NCBI GenBank assembly: GCA_021789895.1
Contig: JAJYIU010000019.1
Coordinates: 2,523-66,522 of the forward strand
Length of the DNA stretch: 64,000 bases
DNA from: Acidobacteriota bacterium
Lineage (GTDB): Bacteria > Acidobacteriota > Terriglobia > Terriglobales > SCQP01
Direction of reading: 5' to 3'
Positions 1-8,828 of this stretch are shown piece after piece. The notes under the pieces were generated by a model. That model had not been told where the DNA came from. It saw only the letters and a program-made list of their open reading frames with translations, and ran no database searches. The translations under genes were made by a program, and so were the position numbers. The stretch's first letter is position 1, and every line of letters starts with the position of its first letter.

Positions 1-330
1 CAATCACCAGAAGTTCACATTACGGCCAAACTCGGTATGGTGATGCACAGTATCGAACGCCCATTGCTTGATCGAGCGCAGTCCGCGGCCTTAACGGCTG
101 CCGGGCACGCACATAAATACTTACGCTCCTTGCAGCGAATCATCAACCCGCAATCGCGAAACAGGCGGTGAATCCGCTTGTGGTTCACCGTCGCCCCATC
201 TCATTACACCAAAACTTGCAAGCGCCGATAGCCGAACCGCGGACGCCTCCCGGCCAGCTGCACCAATCGGCTCCGCAATAGCTCGTCATTGCGGCGAGGC
301 GAGCAGCATTACCCCGCAGGCATGCCGCTC
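1..330 (-). pseudogene. IS3-family transposase (OrfB N-terminal region) remnant, broken by stops/frameshift and cut by the window edge
   Basis: Reverse-strand translation reads ELLRSRLVQLAGRRPRFGYRRLQVLV**DGATVNHKRIHRLFRDCGLMIRCKERKYL. After a frame change it reads IKQWAFDTVHHHTEFGRNVNFW*. The PRFGYRR, VNHKRxxRL and QxWxxD motifs are typical of IS3-family OrfB. The six-frame track has no intact ORF here. Confidence 0.5.
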
Positions 331-478
331 GCAGAAGGCGTACTCCTCTGGTGCAACTATCTCATTTTTACTCCGCAGGCCCCTTATCTGATTCAATTTT
401 ATATGCTTATGTATATTTAACGATTGCATTGAACGTCTTTCATGTCTCATTTCACTCCGGGCGTTGCGTCAGCAGACG

Positions 479-2260
479 TCAGCGGCTGTACTGCACCGCA
501 TATTGTCCCAGGCGCCAGACCTGGCGGCCGCCGACATAGGTCGCCAGCACGCGCACGTTCCAAATCTGCCGGGGCGGAATGTGGAAGAGGTTGTGGTCGA
601 GAATGATGAAATCGGCGTCCTTGCCGGGAGTGAGCGAGCCCAGCCGTTTTTCCTCGAAGCCGGCGTAGGCCGAGCCCATGGTGTAGTCGTAAATAGCCTG
701 TGCCAGCGGAATTTTCTGGCGCGGGAACCAGCCGTTGGGGTGCTTGCCATCGAGCGTGGCGCGGGTGACGGCGGCATAGATGCCATAGAGCGGATTCAGC
801 GGCGCCACCGGCCAGTCGGTGCCGAATGCCAGCCGGGCGCCGTGCCGCATCAGGCTTCCGTACGCATAGCTGGTTTTAGCGCGCTCGTAGCCGATGCGCT
901 TTTCCACCCAGCGGCCGTCGTCAATCGCGTGGTATGGCTGGACCGAGGCGATGACGTGCAGTTGGGCAAAGCGCGGGATATCGGCAGCGATCAGATGCTG
1001 GGCGTGCTCGATGCGGAAGCGGCGGTCCTTAGACCCGTCCAGGCGCTCCACCTTCTGGAAAAAGTCGAGCACCATGTGGTTGGCCGCATCGCCGATGGCG
1101 TGGACGCAGACCTGCAATCCGGCGCGGTCGGCCCCCAAAATACGGCGGTAGAGCTTGGCCGGCGGCTGCGCGTCCGGGGCCAGCAGGCCGCGCCAGTTCG
1201 GATTGGAGGGCGGATTATCGCGATAGGGCTGGAACAGATACGCCGTGCGCGAGCCGATGGCGCCGTCGGCGAAGGCCTTCATCGAGCCCACGGTAATCCA
1301 GGGCCCGCCAAAGCCGCGGCGCACGCCCATGGCCGCCCAGTGCCGCCAGAGCGCGAGCGGCTGGCGCACGTAAAAGCGCGCGGTCAGCTCGCGGCGGGCG
1401 AGCAGCCGGGCATAGATACGGGGCGCCTGGGGATAGGACAGGTCCATGGATTGAATCGTGGTCACGCCCAGGGCGGCGGCATGGCGCAGGCCAATGCGCG
1501 CGATGCGCATGCGCTCGGCCAACGATGGCGAAGGAATGACGCGCGCCACCAGGTCCTGGGCGGCGTCCTTGACAATGCCGGTGGGCCGTCCTTGCGCGTC
1601 ATGGACGATGACGCCGCCTTTGGGGGTGGGCGTGGCGCGGCTGATATGCGCCAGCTTCAGCGCCAGCGAGTTGGCCAGTCCCATATGGCCGTCGTAACGG
1701 TTGACATACACCGGATGGCGCCGGGTGCAGCCGTCAATCATCCAGCGCGTCGGCCAGCGCGCCGGCTGCCAGCGTTGCTCGTCCCAGTTGCCGCCGGTGA
1801 TCCACTCGCCCGGTGGGAGGGTGCGGGCGTAGGCGCAGATCTTGCGGGCGAATTCGGCCGCGGAGCGGGTGATGCGGAGATCCACCGAGCTGAGATCGTA
1901 GGCGCCGGCGAAAAAATGCACATGGCCGTCAATAAAGCCGGGCAGCACCAGGCGCCCGTGGGCATTGACGATGCGCGTGCGCGGACCGATCCAGGGGCGG
2001 ATTTGGGCGTCGCTGCCCACCGCCAGGATGCGTCCATGCCAGATGGCCATTGCCTGCGCCCGCGGCCGCCGGGCATCCATGGTGCGCAGATGCCCGTGCA
2101 GCACGACTTCATCGGCCGCCGGCCGGCCGAGCGGCGAAAACAATCCGGCGCTGGGCCGCCGCGCGGGGCGCTGCGCCGCCGCGCCGGCCGCCGGCAGAAG
2201 GCTGGCTAACAGGAAACAGCAGAGCGAGTGCGGGCGAATGCGTAGCCGCTCGAAACCCAT
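479..2260 (-). CDS. Amidohydrolase-3 family metal-dependent hydrolase with signal peptide
   Basis: ORF 479..2332. Motifs PGFIDGHVHF, VHAIGDAAN, FGTDWPVAPLNP. Start moved to ATG 2260 (MGFERLRIRPHSLCCFLLASLLPAAGAAAQ), which gives a signal peptide. Confidence 0.85.
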   Translation of the reverse strand: MGFERLRIRPHSLCCFLLASLLPAAGAAAQRPARRPSAGLFSPLGRPAADEVVLHGHLRTMDARRPRAQAMAIWHGRILAVGSDAQIRPWIGPRTRIVNAHGRLVLPGFIDGHVHFFAGAYDLSSVDLRITRSAAEFARKICAYARTLPPGEWITGGNWDEQRWQPARWPTRWMIDGCTRRHPVYVNRYDGHMGLANSLALKLAHISRATPTPKGGVIVHDAQGRPTGIVKDAAQDLVARVIPSPSLAERMRIARIGLRHAAALGVTTIQSMDLSYPQAPRIYARLLARRELTARFYVRQPLALWRHWAAMGVRRGFGGPWITVGSMKAFADGAIGSRTAYLFQPYRDNPPSNPNWRGLLAPDAQPPAKLYRRILGADRAGLQVCVHAIGDAANHMVLDFFQKVERLDGSKDRRFRIEHAQHLIAADIPRFAQLHVIASVQPYHAIDDGRWVEKRIGYERAKTSYAYGSLMRHGARLAFGTDWPVAPLNPLYGIYAAVTRATLDGKHPNGWFPRQKIPLAQAIYDYTMGSAYAGFEEKRLGSLTPGKDADFIILDHNLFHIPPRQIWNVRVLATYVGGRQVWRLGQYAVQYSR

Positions 2261-2267
2261 GCCCGGC

Positions 2268-2276
2268 ACTATAGCA
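2268..2276 (-). promoter_or_regulatory. Extended -10 element TGCTATAGT, 7 nt upstream of ATG 2260 (possible leaderless transcript)
   Basis: Reverse complement of 2268..2276 is TGCTATAGT. Only 7 nt (gccgggc) separate it from the start codon. No convincing -35. Confidence 0.3.
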
Positions 2277-2442
2277 TTTTTAAATCGGCCGGCCGTGCTA
2301 TCTCGACGGAGGCAGCTAGCATGCGCCAACATAGCGCCGCCTGGCAGCGAACTGGCGCAAAGTCGCTCGTTCTAGCAGTGCAACCATTCGGTTCGCTATC
2401 GGAAGCCAATCTTGTGAGTTTAAACGGTTTAGCACGCGCCGC

Positions 2443-3699
2443 TTATTGCGGAGTATAGTATCTCACCTGTGGCTGAACAAAAAACGCCTGGTTAGCCGGC
2501 ACGATATTCACATGCGCCCCGATGTTGTTGATCAGCGGGTGAGCGCCATTGCCGTCCGGACGCACCGTGGCCACATGTCCATGCGGCTGGTGCGGTTGCA
2601 CGGCGATGACCAGCCGCCCCTGATTGGCCAGTTGCTGGGCTACCTGTGCATTCACTTCCCGGTAGCGATCGCTGGCGGCAAGCTGTACCGCAATATCGTC
2701 GGCCAGTGCGGGCGCTCCATGCTGCGTCAGCGGAGCCAGCGGCGCGCCCACGGCGCGGGCAATGCGATAGGTGGCTATATTACAAAAGGTTTCTCCGCCG
2801 TGAGGATGCAAAGCGGGGTCGTTGCGCGCCGCATCCTGGGCATTCATCAGATTGGCCACTGCCGGCGAAGGCGCCGGCGCGGATGCTGGTGCCGATGCCG
2901 GCGCGGACGCCGGCGCAGACGCCGGGGCAGAGGCGGGAGAGGAAGCTGGCGCGGAGGCGGGCGCGGCGGTCACGTCATATTGATATAAATCGCTTCCCTT
3001 CATGATGCGCTTGAGTTTGGCGCCGTAATTGGGATCGGTGGCATAGACTCCCGTCAACGCGTCGGCAAAGCCATCGGGGTTGTTTTCCAGGCTGCGGGCG
3101 CGCCCATAATAATGCGAAGTCGCCAGCAGCCGCCCATGCTGGTCGAACGCATCCGCCAGCGAGACAAATTTGCGGAAACGCGCCGTGATGGTAATCCATT
3201 GACCGTCTTTATATTCCCGGGTTTTGGTTTCGACGAACGGCTGCCCGCCCACGGCTTTGATTCCGAAAGGATTGTTGCTGCCCGCCGGCATGTGCCGCCC
3301 CCAGCCGCTCTCCAGCGCCCACTGGGCCAGGGTCACCGCCGCCGGAATCTGCCATTTCTTGTCCGCCGCCTGGGCGGCGCCAATGACATTCAACGGGACC
3401 GGTCCAACCCCGGCCGAGGGCATCGCGCCGGCCGATCTCGCCGGCGCTTCCCCGGCCAGATAGCGAAACGTGGGACCGGTCGGAACAATCCTTCCATCCG
3501 GATGGGGCATGCGCAAGCCGCGGCTTTGCACCGCGTCAATGGCGCCGATCGTCAATGGCCCGCAAAGCCCATCCAACACCAACGGCCGCAGCGGCACCGG
3601 CAGCTTGGCGTTGATCAACCGCTGCACCGTGAGTACGTCATCGTGCCGGTTGGCGCAATCGCGGCCGACAGAACCCGATATGCTGGCTGGATCCGGCAT
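2443..3699 (-). CDS. Multidomain peptidoglycan hydrolase: PG_binding_1-like domain, glucosaminidase (FlgJ-type) domain, (PAS)n linker, C-terminal putative Cys/His hydrolase domain; no signal peptide
   Basis: N-terminus VLTVQRLINAKL...LDGLCGPLTIGAIDAVQ (PG-binding-like). AQWALESGWGRHMPAGSNNPFGIKA (glucosaminidase motif). APASAPASSPASAPASAPASAPASAPASAPAPSP linker. C-terminus GETFCNIATYRIA ... HGHVATVRPDG (Cys...His pair). Confidence 0.8.
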   Translation of the reverse strand: MPDPASISGSVGRDCANRHDDVLTVQRLINAKLPVPLRPLVLDGLCGPLTIGAIDAVQSRGLRMPHPDGRIVPTGPTFRYLAGEAPARSAGAMPSAGVGPVPLNVIGAAQAADKKWQIPAAVTLAQWALESGWGRHMPAGSNNPFGIKAVGGQPFVETKTREYKDGQWITITARFRKFVSLADAFDQHGRLLATSHYYGRARSLENNPDGFADALTGVYATDPNYGAKLKRIMKGSDLYQYDVTAAPASAPASSPASAPASAPASAPASAPASAPAPSPAVANLMNAQDAARNDPALHPHGGETFCNIATYRIARAVGAPLAPLTQHGAPALADDIAVQLAASDRYREVNAQVAQQLANQGRLVIAVQPHQPHGHVATVRPDGNGAHPLINNIGAHVNIVPANQAFFVQPQVRYYTPQ

Positions 3700-3882
3700 A
3701 GATTTTCAATGCCCGGGCGGTTTAAAAAGCGCTATCCATGACTTGAGCTACGGCGGGCGGCAATCTGGCGCAGACACCACTTCCCGCACCCGGCGCCTTG
3801 CATCGCGGCTTGCAGATGCCCTGGATTGAGCGACGGCGCGTCGGCACCGCGGCGTCCGGGGTACTGCAACTTGGGCGACAGG

Positions 3883-4512
3883 TTAAGGCGTCGGCGTCGT
3901 GCTAAGTTGCTTTTGCGCTTTCTGCGTCAGCACCTTCACATCATCGTTGACGATCGTCTGGATGAGGGTCGCCTGCGATTGAATGATGTTCGTGAACAGG
4001 CTCAAGACCTGGCTCATCCCGCCCGGCATCTGGTCCTGCACCGCATGCACCGAAACCTGCATGCTGTAGGTGTCGTCAACAACGCTGCCAAACTGATAGG
4101 TGTTCTTATCCGTCACAGTCACCGATAAGCTGACGAACCAATTGGCCGAGGCCGAAGCGGTAATTGCAAAATCGTTGCTGAACGAATTAGAAGAGGTGCT
4201 ATGCAGTTGCACGTTAAAGTTGATGCTCATATCCTCGACCCGAATGTAAGGGATCGGGATGATGGTCAACAGCGGGACCTTGATCTCGGTATAATCCGAC
4301 AAGCCGCCTAAATTTTTATTCTGCAGCACCTGCGAAAAATCGAAGCTCACGGCCTGCAGCTTGGGCGGATTGTCCTTGGTAAACGCGAAACTCTGAATGA
4401 AGTTGGTGGTGGTGTTCGCCGCCATGGCTTGCGCGTTTACGACTGCAACCAGCGGACCTCCGATAATATCTTTAAAATCGAGTTGAGATAATTCTCTTCC
4501 CTGAGTTAGCAT
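3883..4512 (-). CDS. DUF2589-like protein (family name from memory; function unknown), Ser/Thr/Asn-rich, beta-rich
   Basis: 209 aa. N-terminal helix LSQLDFKDIIGGPLVAVVNAQAMAA, then VPLLTIIPIPYIRVEDMSINFNVQL. Strong SD (GGGAGGAAG) 6 nt upstream of the ATG. Many A/T-ending codons in a GC3-rich genome. Confidence 0.8.
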   Translation of the reverse strand: MLTQGRELSQLDFKDIIGGPLVAVVNAQAMAANTTTNFIQSFAFTKDNPPKLQAVSFDFSQVLQNKNLGGLSDYTEIKVPLLTIIPIPYIRVEDMSINFNVQLHSTSSNSFSNDFAITASASANWFVSLSVTVTDKNTYQFGSVVDDTYSMQVSVHAVQDQMPGGMSQVLSLFTNIIQSQATLIQTIVNDDVKVLTQKAQKQLSTTPTP

Positions 4513-4539
4513 GATCAGCTTCCTCCCTTCTCAGGCGCC

Positions 4540-4571
4540 TCTATAGCAACATACTTTCCCCTCACTGTCAA
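4540..4571 (-). promoter_or_regulatory. Putative sigma70-type promoter for the DUF2589-like gene: TTGACA ... TGcTATAGA
   Basis: Minus strand has TTGACA (4571..4566) and extended -10 TGCTATAGA (4548..4540). The spacer to TATAGA is 20 nt, which is long. Lies in the 100-bp gap after the TPR-GT stop. Confidence 0.3.
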
Positions 4572-4612
4572 GCAAGATAACACTCGAAATTCCAATGACT
4601 TAGATGCTGTAC

Positions 4613-6712
4613 TTACGAGGCGGAATTTTTTCGCCGCAGCCGTTCCTGCAACTCGCCGGCCATGGCGGCAAACACCGCCGGCCACTGGCGCGGGCCGGGC
4701 TGGCGAAACAGCCGCAGGGTGGGGTACCAGGGGGAATCCCGGCGATCGGCAAACCAACGCCAGTCTGGCGTGTAACTCACCGCCAGCCAGACCGGACGGC
4801 CCAACGCGCCGGCCAGGTGGGCGACGGCGGAATCACTGGTGACGATCAAGTCAAGATTCATCATCGCCGCCGCCTTTTCGGCAAACGGCAAGCCCAGGTC
4901 GACAAGGGGCCAATCCTGCGCCACCTCGGAGATTTGTTCGCGGCCATAGCCGGTTTGCAGGCTGAATAGCCGGACGCCAGCCAAGCGGGCCAAGGGCGCA
5001 AATTGGGCCAGCGGGATGGAGCGGATCCGGTCTCCTTTGAACTGCGGGTTGCCCTGCCAGGCCAGGCCGAGCTTGAAGCCGGGCTGCACGCCAAGCCGGG
5101 CTTTCCATTCCGCCACCCGGTCCGGATCGGGCCGCAGGTAAGGAACGGCGGCAGGGAGATTATCGAGGGTCGTTTCCAACAGCCCCGGCAGGTTCATCAG
5201 GGGGGCATGGTAATCGAACCAAGGCACGTTTTGCGTCTGGTCGAGCACCAGATCTACGCCCTGGCATCCGGCAAACAGTTTGCGCAAAGGGCCAGGACAC
5301 AGCAGCAGTACGCGCCCGGCGCGCAGTTTTAGCGGCGCTGCGAAGCGTACGAACTGGATGCTATCCCCGAAGCCCTGTTCCGCGTGGAGCAGGATGCAGC
5401 GGCCATGCAGGCTTTCGCCCTGCCAAAGCGGTTGGGGAAAACGGTCGGGTGAGACATCCTTGAAGCGCCAGCGCCATTCCCACTCTTTCCAGCCTTCGCT
5501 ATAGCGCCCCTGCAGCAGCAGATGCATGCCCAGATTGACGTGGATTTCGGCATTTCCGGGCTGAATTTCCAGGGCGCGGCGGAAACAATGCTCGGCGTCG
5601 GCGAGCGCCGGGCCGCGGCGCAGCAGCGCTTGAACATGCAAGACGCCGCCGAGATTGTTCCAGGCATCGAGAAAGTCGGGCTGGCGTTGCAGCGCGAAGC
5701 GGAGGTGCGATTCGGCCTCGTCGTAGCGCTCCTGCAGCAGCAAAGCGTGGCCCAGGTTGCAATGCGTCGCGGGACGCTCCGGAGCCAACTGCAGGGCGCG
5801 TTGCAGGCAGGCCAGCGATTCCTTCCAGCGGCGCCGATCGGAGAGGACGATGCCCAGCAGATCGAGCGCTTCCACGCAATCCGGCCGGCGGCGCAACACC
5901 GAGCGGAGACACGCTTCCGCCTCCGGCAAGCGCCGCAGTTCGCGAAGCGCCTTGGCGAGATTCAATTGCGCTGCGTTGAACTCCGGCGACAGCTCCAACG
6001 CCCGGCGGAAATAAGGCTCCGCCTGCGTGGTTTTACCCATCGCTTGCAACTGCGCGCCAAGATTGTTTTGGGCCTCGCAGGAATCCGGCTGCAACTCGGC
6101 CAGGCGCTGGAAATGGCGCAAGGCGGCTTCCGGACGGCCGAGCGTCCGCAGCAGATGGCTCATGCGGTCATGCGCTTCGGCGCAGTCGGGCTGCAATTCG
6201 AGCACCGACTGGTAGGCGGACAGCGCCGGCTCGGCGCGGCCCATCGAATCCAGGCATATCCCCAACCCCATCCAGGCCGGGACGAACCCGGGACGCAATT
6301 TTAGGGCGCGGCGATACACCGCCGCAGCGCGGCGCAGCATGCCGCGCTCGCGAAGCAGGTTGGCCAGGTTACAGTGCGCCTCTGCGAAATCGGCCTCGAG
6401 ACGAACCGCCTCGCGGTAGCAGGCGGCAGCGCGATCCACCTGTCCCAGCTTGCGATACACCACCCCCAAATCGTTGTGATAGCTGGCCACCCGGGACTGG
6501 AGTTGAATCGCGCGGCCAAGGAGCTGGACGGCGTTCTCGGGCGAGCCGAGTTGAGCGGCAATCAGCCCGAGTAGATGCAGCGCGGGGTGATTGCGCGGAT
6601 CCGCGGCTAAAATCTGCGCGCACAACTCGGCAGCCGGCTGCCAGCGCCCCGCCCGATGCAAGTGCACGGCCTGAGCCAAAAGCCCGTCTAAAGCTGTATC
6701 CATCGCCTCCAT
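4613..6712 (-). CDS. TPR-repeat protein fused to a GT9 (heptosyltransferase-type) glycosyltransferase domain
   Basis: ORF 4613..6964, start moved to MEAMDTALDG (ATG 6712) downstream of the Sel1 gene stop. About 400 aa of TPR repeats (AEAHCNLANLL, AEAHDRMSHLL, CEAQNNLGAQL ...). C-terminal GT9-like motifs EQGFGDSIQFVRF, LGLAWQGNPQFKGDRIRSIPL, VTSDSAVAHLAGALGRPVW. Confidence 0.8.
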   Translation of the reverse strand: MEAMDTALDGLLAQAVHLHRAGRWQPAAELCAQILAADPRNHPALHLLGLIAAQLGSPENAVQLLGRAIQLQSRVASYHNDLGVVYRKLGQVDRAAACYREAVRLEADFAEAHCNLANLLRERGMLRRAAAVYRRALKLRPGFVPAWMGLGICLDSMGRAEPALSAYQSVLELQPDCAEAHDRMSHLLRTLGRPEAALRHFQRLAELQPDSCEAQNNLGAQLQAMGKTTQAEPYFRRALELSPEFNAAQLNLAKALRELRRLPEAEACLRSVLRRRPDCVEALDLLGIVLSDRRRWKESLACLQRALQLAPERPATHCNLGHALLLQERYDEAESHLRFALQRQPDFLDAWNNLGGVLHVQALLRRGPALADAEHCFRRALEIQPGNAEIHVNLGMHLLLQGRYSEGWKEWEWRWRFKDVSPDRFPQPLWQGESLHGRCILLHAEQGFGDSIQFVRFAAPLKLRAGRVLLLCPGPLRKLFAGCQGVDLVLDQTQNVPWFDYHAPLMNLPGLLETTLDNLPAAVPYLRPDPDRVAEWKARLGVQPGFKLGLAWQGNPQFKGDRIRSIPLAQFAPLARLAGVRLFSLQTGYGREQISEVAQDWPLVDLGLPFAEKAAAMMNLDLIVTSDSAVAHLAGALGRPVWLAVSYTPDWRWFADRRDSPWYPTLRLFRQPGPRQWPAVFAAMAGELQERLRRKNSAS

Positions 6713-6795
6713 CCCGAAACGGCCGCTGATGGCTGCGGCGTTATCGCCAGCGCAGGAACCGCGGCGAGAAGGCGCCGGCCCGGCTGGCGTGCGTA

Positions 6796-8019
6796 TCAGG
6801 TCGCGTCCGCTCCCAAGCCGCTCTCTTGCAGCCGTTGGATGGCCAGGCTGGCATTCTGCGCCAGCGCGGCGCGCCGGGGATCGTTTTGGGTAAGCGCATA
6901 GCAGCGATGAAACCAAGCCAGGGCCTGCTGCCGGTCCGGCGCGGTGCCAAGGCCGTGGGCGCATTGGTAGCCCAGGTTATATTGCGCCTCGGCGCAATGC
7001 TGGCTCGCCGCCGCCTGATTCCAGCGCAAGGCGGCATCGTAGTCCTGCAACTCGTGAAGATAGATCTGGCCGAGCAGAAACTGCGCCTGCTGAGCTCCCT
7101 GCAACGCTGCTTTTTGCAGCCAGTACACCGCCTGCTGCAGATCGCGTTCCAGGCGCGACCCCTCGTATAGCACCGAGCCCAGCAGAATCTGCGCCTCAAG
7201 CAAACCTGCTTCCGCGGCGCGGCACATGCCATCCCGAAACTTCTCCGCATCCGGGGCGGCGCCCAGGCCCTGGGCATAGATCAAGCCAAGATAATAATCC
7301 GCTGGCGGATGGCCTTTCGCCGCGGCGCGTTCCAGCCACTCCCGGCTGCGGAGGGGGTCGGCGGCGACGCCCCGGCCCGACAGATAGCATTTGCCGAGCT
7401 CGAACTCAGCCAGCATGAAGCCTTCGCCGGCGGCTTGGGTCAGCCAATGAACCGCTTGCACCTCGTTGCGCTCGACGCCTTTACCCTGCAGATACAACAG
7501 CGCCAGCGAATATTGGGCTTCGCAGATACCCTTTTCCGCCGCCCGCCGATACCAGCGTTGGGCCTGGCCGAGATCCGCCTCCGTGCCGATTCCATCTTCG
7601 TAGAGCCGGCCCAGCGGGGCTGCCGCTTTCACGAAATCGTCTTCGGCGGCTGCGCGCAGCCATTGAAAAGCCTGCGCCTCGTCTTTTTCTACTCCCGTGC
7701 CGGAAAGCAGCAGCGAGGCCAGATTGATGCGCGCCTGCGGATGTCCGTGCTGCGCCGCGCGTTGATACCAAGCCGCAGCCTGAGTCAGATCCTGGGGCAG
7801 CGCCGCGCCGAATTGACTGCACTGGCCCAGCATAAACTCGGCCTCGCGCTCCCCGCCGGCCGCCGCCCGTTTCCACCAGCAGACGGCTTGGGCGCGATCC
7901 TCGGGTTCCGGCCCGCGGCTGAACAGCAGCAACCCCAGCGCGTATTGCGCCTTGGCATTGCCGGCTTCCGCGGCTTGCGCCAGTTGTTCCAGATCGTCGT
8001 GGTGCTCATTCGCGTTCAT
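6796..8019 (-). CDS. Sel1-like repeat (SLR) protein
   Basis: 407 aa with at least 8 SLR units (AQYALGLLLF, AEFMLGQC, AQYSLALLYLQGKGVERN, AEFELGKCYLSGRGV, ADYYLGLIYAQGLG, AQILLGSVLYEGSRLERD, AQFLLGQIY, AQYNLGYQCAHGLG). No signal peptide. Confidence 0.85.
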   Translation of the reverse strand: MNANEHHDDLEQLAQAAEAGNAKAQYALGLLLFSRGPEPEDRAQAVCWWKRAAAGGEREAEFMLGQCSQFGAALPQDLTQAAAWYQRAAQHGHPQARINLASLLLSGTGVEKDEAQAFQWLRAAAEDDFVKAAAPLGRLYEDGIGTEADLGQAQRWYRRAAEKGICEAQYSLALLYLQGKGVERNEVQAVHWLTQAAGEGFMLAEFELGKCYLSGRGVAADPLRSREWLERAAAKGHPPADYYLGLIYAQGLGAAPDAEKFRDGMCRAAEAGLLEAQILLGSVLYEGSRLERDLQQAVYWLQKAALQGAQQAQFLLGQIYLHELQDYDAALRWNQAAASQHCAEAQYNLGYQCAHGLGTAPDRQQALAWFHRCYALTQNDPRRAALAQNASLAIQRLQESGLGADAT

Positions 8020-8036
8020 GCGCTGCGATGGCCTTT

Positions 8037-8828
8037 TTAGCTTCCCAAGGTGTATATTTTCTGGCTATTTTTCTCACTCACGATCCACCGGAGATCGGAG
8101 GGATTGATGGTGATCTTGATCTTATTCAACAACGCGGTGTCCAGCTTTCCGAGATCCGCCGTACCCACAAGCACGTTCAGTGCCATCGGCGCCGGTGCGC
8201 CCGGCGCCTGCTGCGCTCCCTGCAGCGAGCGCAGCATTGCCGCGATCCTGGACTCGATCAGTTTTTGCAGGGGAACGGTCTCGGACTCCGGCTTCACCCC
8301 CTGCGCCAGCCAGAAGGGTGAGGGCTTTACCAGGAGGAGTAGCAGCGGGGCCACTGCCGGTTTCTGCTCCTCTGCGGCAGTTTCATAAAAGTAATTTTGT
8401 ACGCTCAAGGCAAGACTGTGCGCCAGGTCCACAGGATCGGATGCCGGCCGGGAAAGGATCTGCGCAAAACGCTGACTCATGCTTGCCAGGCCTGCCTTCC
8501 AGCGTGCCTGGAGCGGCGCATTCTGGCTGAAGTAATCTTTGAACTCCGGCTGGCTGGGAAAACTGCTCAGTAAATCCTGTAGTTGATAGGTAAGGTTTTT
8601 TTGCACTTCGTCATCTTCGAGGAATGAAGCCGATTCCAGCTTGGAAGCGACCCCGAAGTTCAACTCCATCTCGACGTCGCGCAACTGCATCCGCGGCACC
8701 GGAAAGCCTTTCAACAGCTCATTTTGCAAATAGCCTTCGGCAATGTGAACCGAGGCCCCGTCGCTCATCTGGCGCGCCATCGCCAGTTGTTGCATCAAGG
8801 CTCCGATAAAGGACTCGAGGGTGATCAT
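8037..8828 (-). CDS. DUF2589-like paralog (longer, 263 aa), function unknown
   Basis: N-terminus MITLESFIGALMQQLAMARQM ... GFPVPRMQLRDVEMELNFGV parallels the helix and PIPYIRVEDMSINFNV segment of 3883..4512. Lies 17 bp upstream of the Sel1 gene. Confidence 0.75.
   Translation of the reverse strand: MITLESFIGALMQQLAMARQMSDGASVHIAEGYLQNELLKGFPVPRMQLRDVEMELNFGVASKLESASFLEDDEVQKNLTYQLQDLLSSFPSQPEFKDYFSQNAPLQARWKAGLASMSQRFAQILSRPASDPVDLAHSLALSVQNYFYETAAEEQKPAVAPLLLLLVKPSPFWLAQGVKPESETVPLQKLIESRIAAMLRSLQGAQQAPGAPAPMALNVLVGTADLGKLDTALLNKIKITINPSDLRWIVSEKNSQKIYTLGS

Noticed and set aside
464-2209. 581-aa ORF antisense to the amidohydrolase gene
   Set aside because: Low-complexity Ala/Arg/Gly composition. 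The opposite strand carries clear amidohydrolase motifs.
2855-2970. GC-rich tandem-looking DNA (gccggcgc(g/a)gacgcc...)
   Set aside because: It encodes the (P-A-S)n interdomain linker of the murein hydrolase. It is low-complexity coding sequence, not an independent repeat element.
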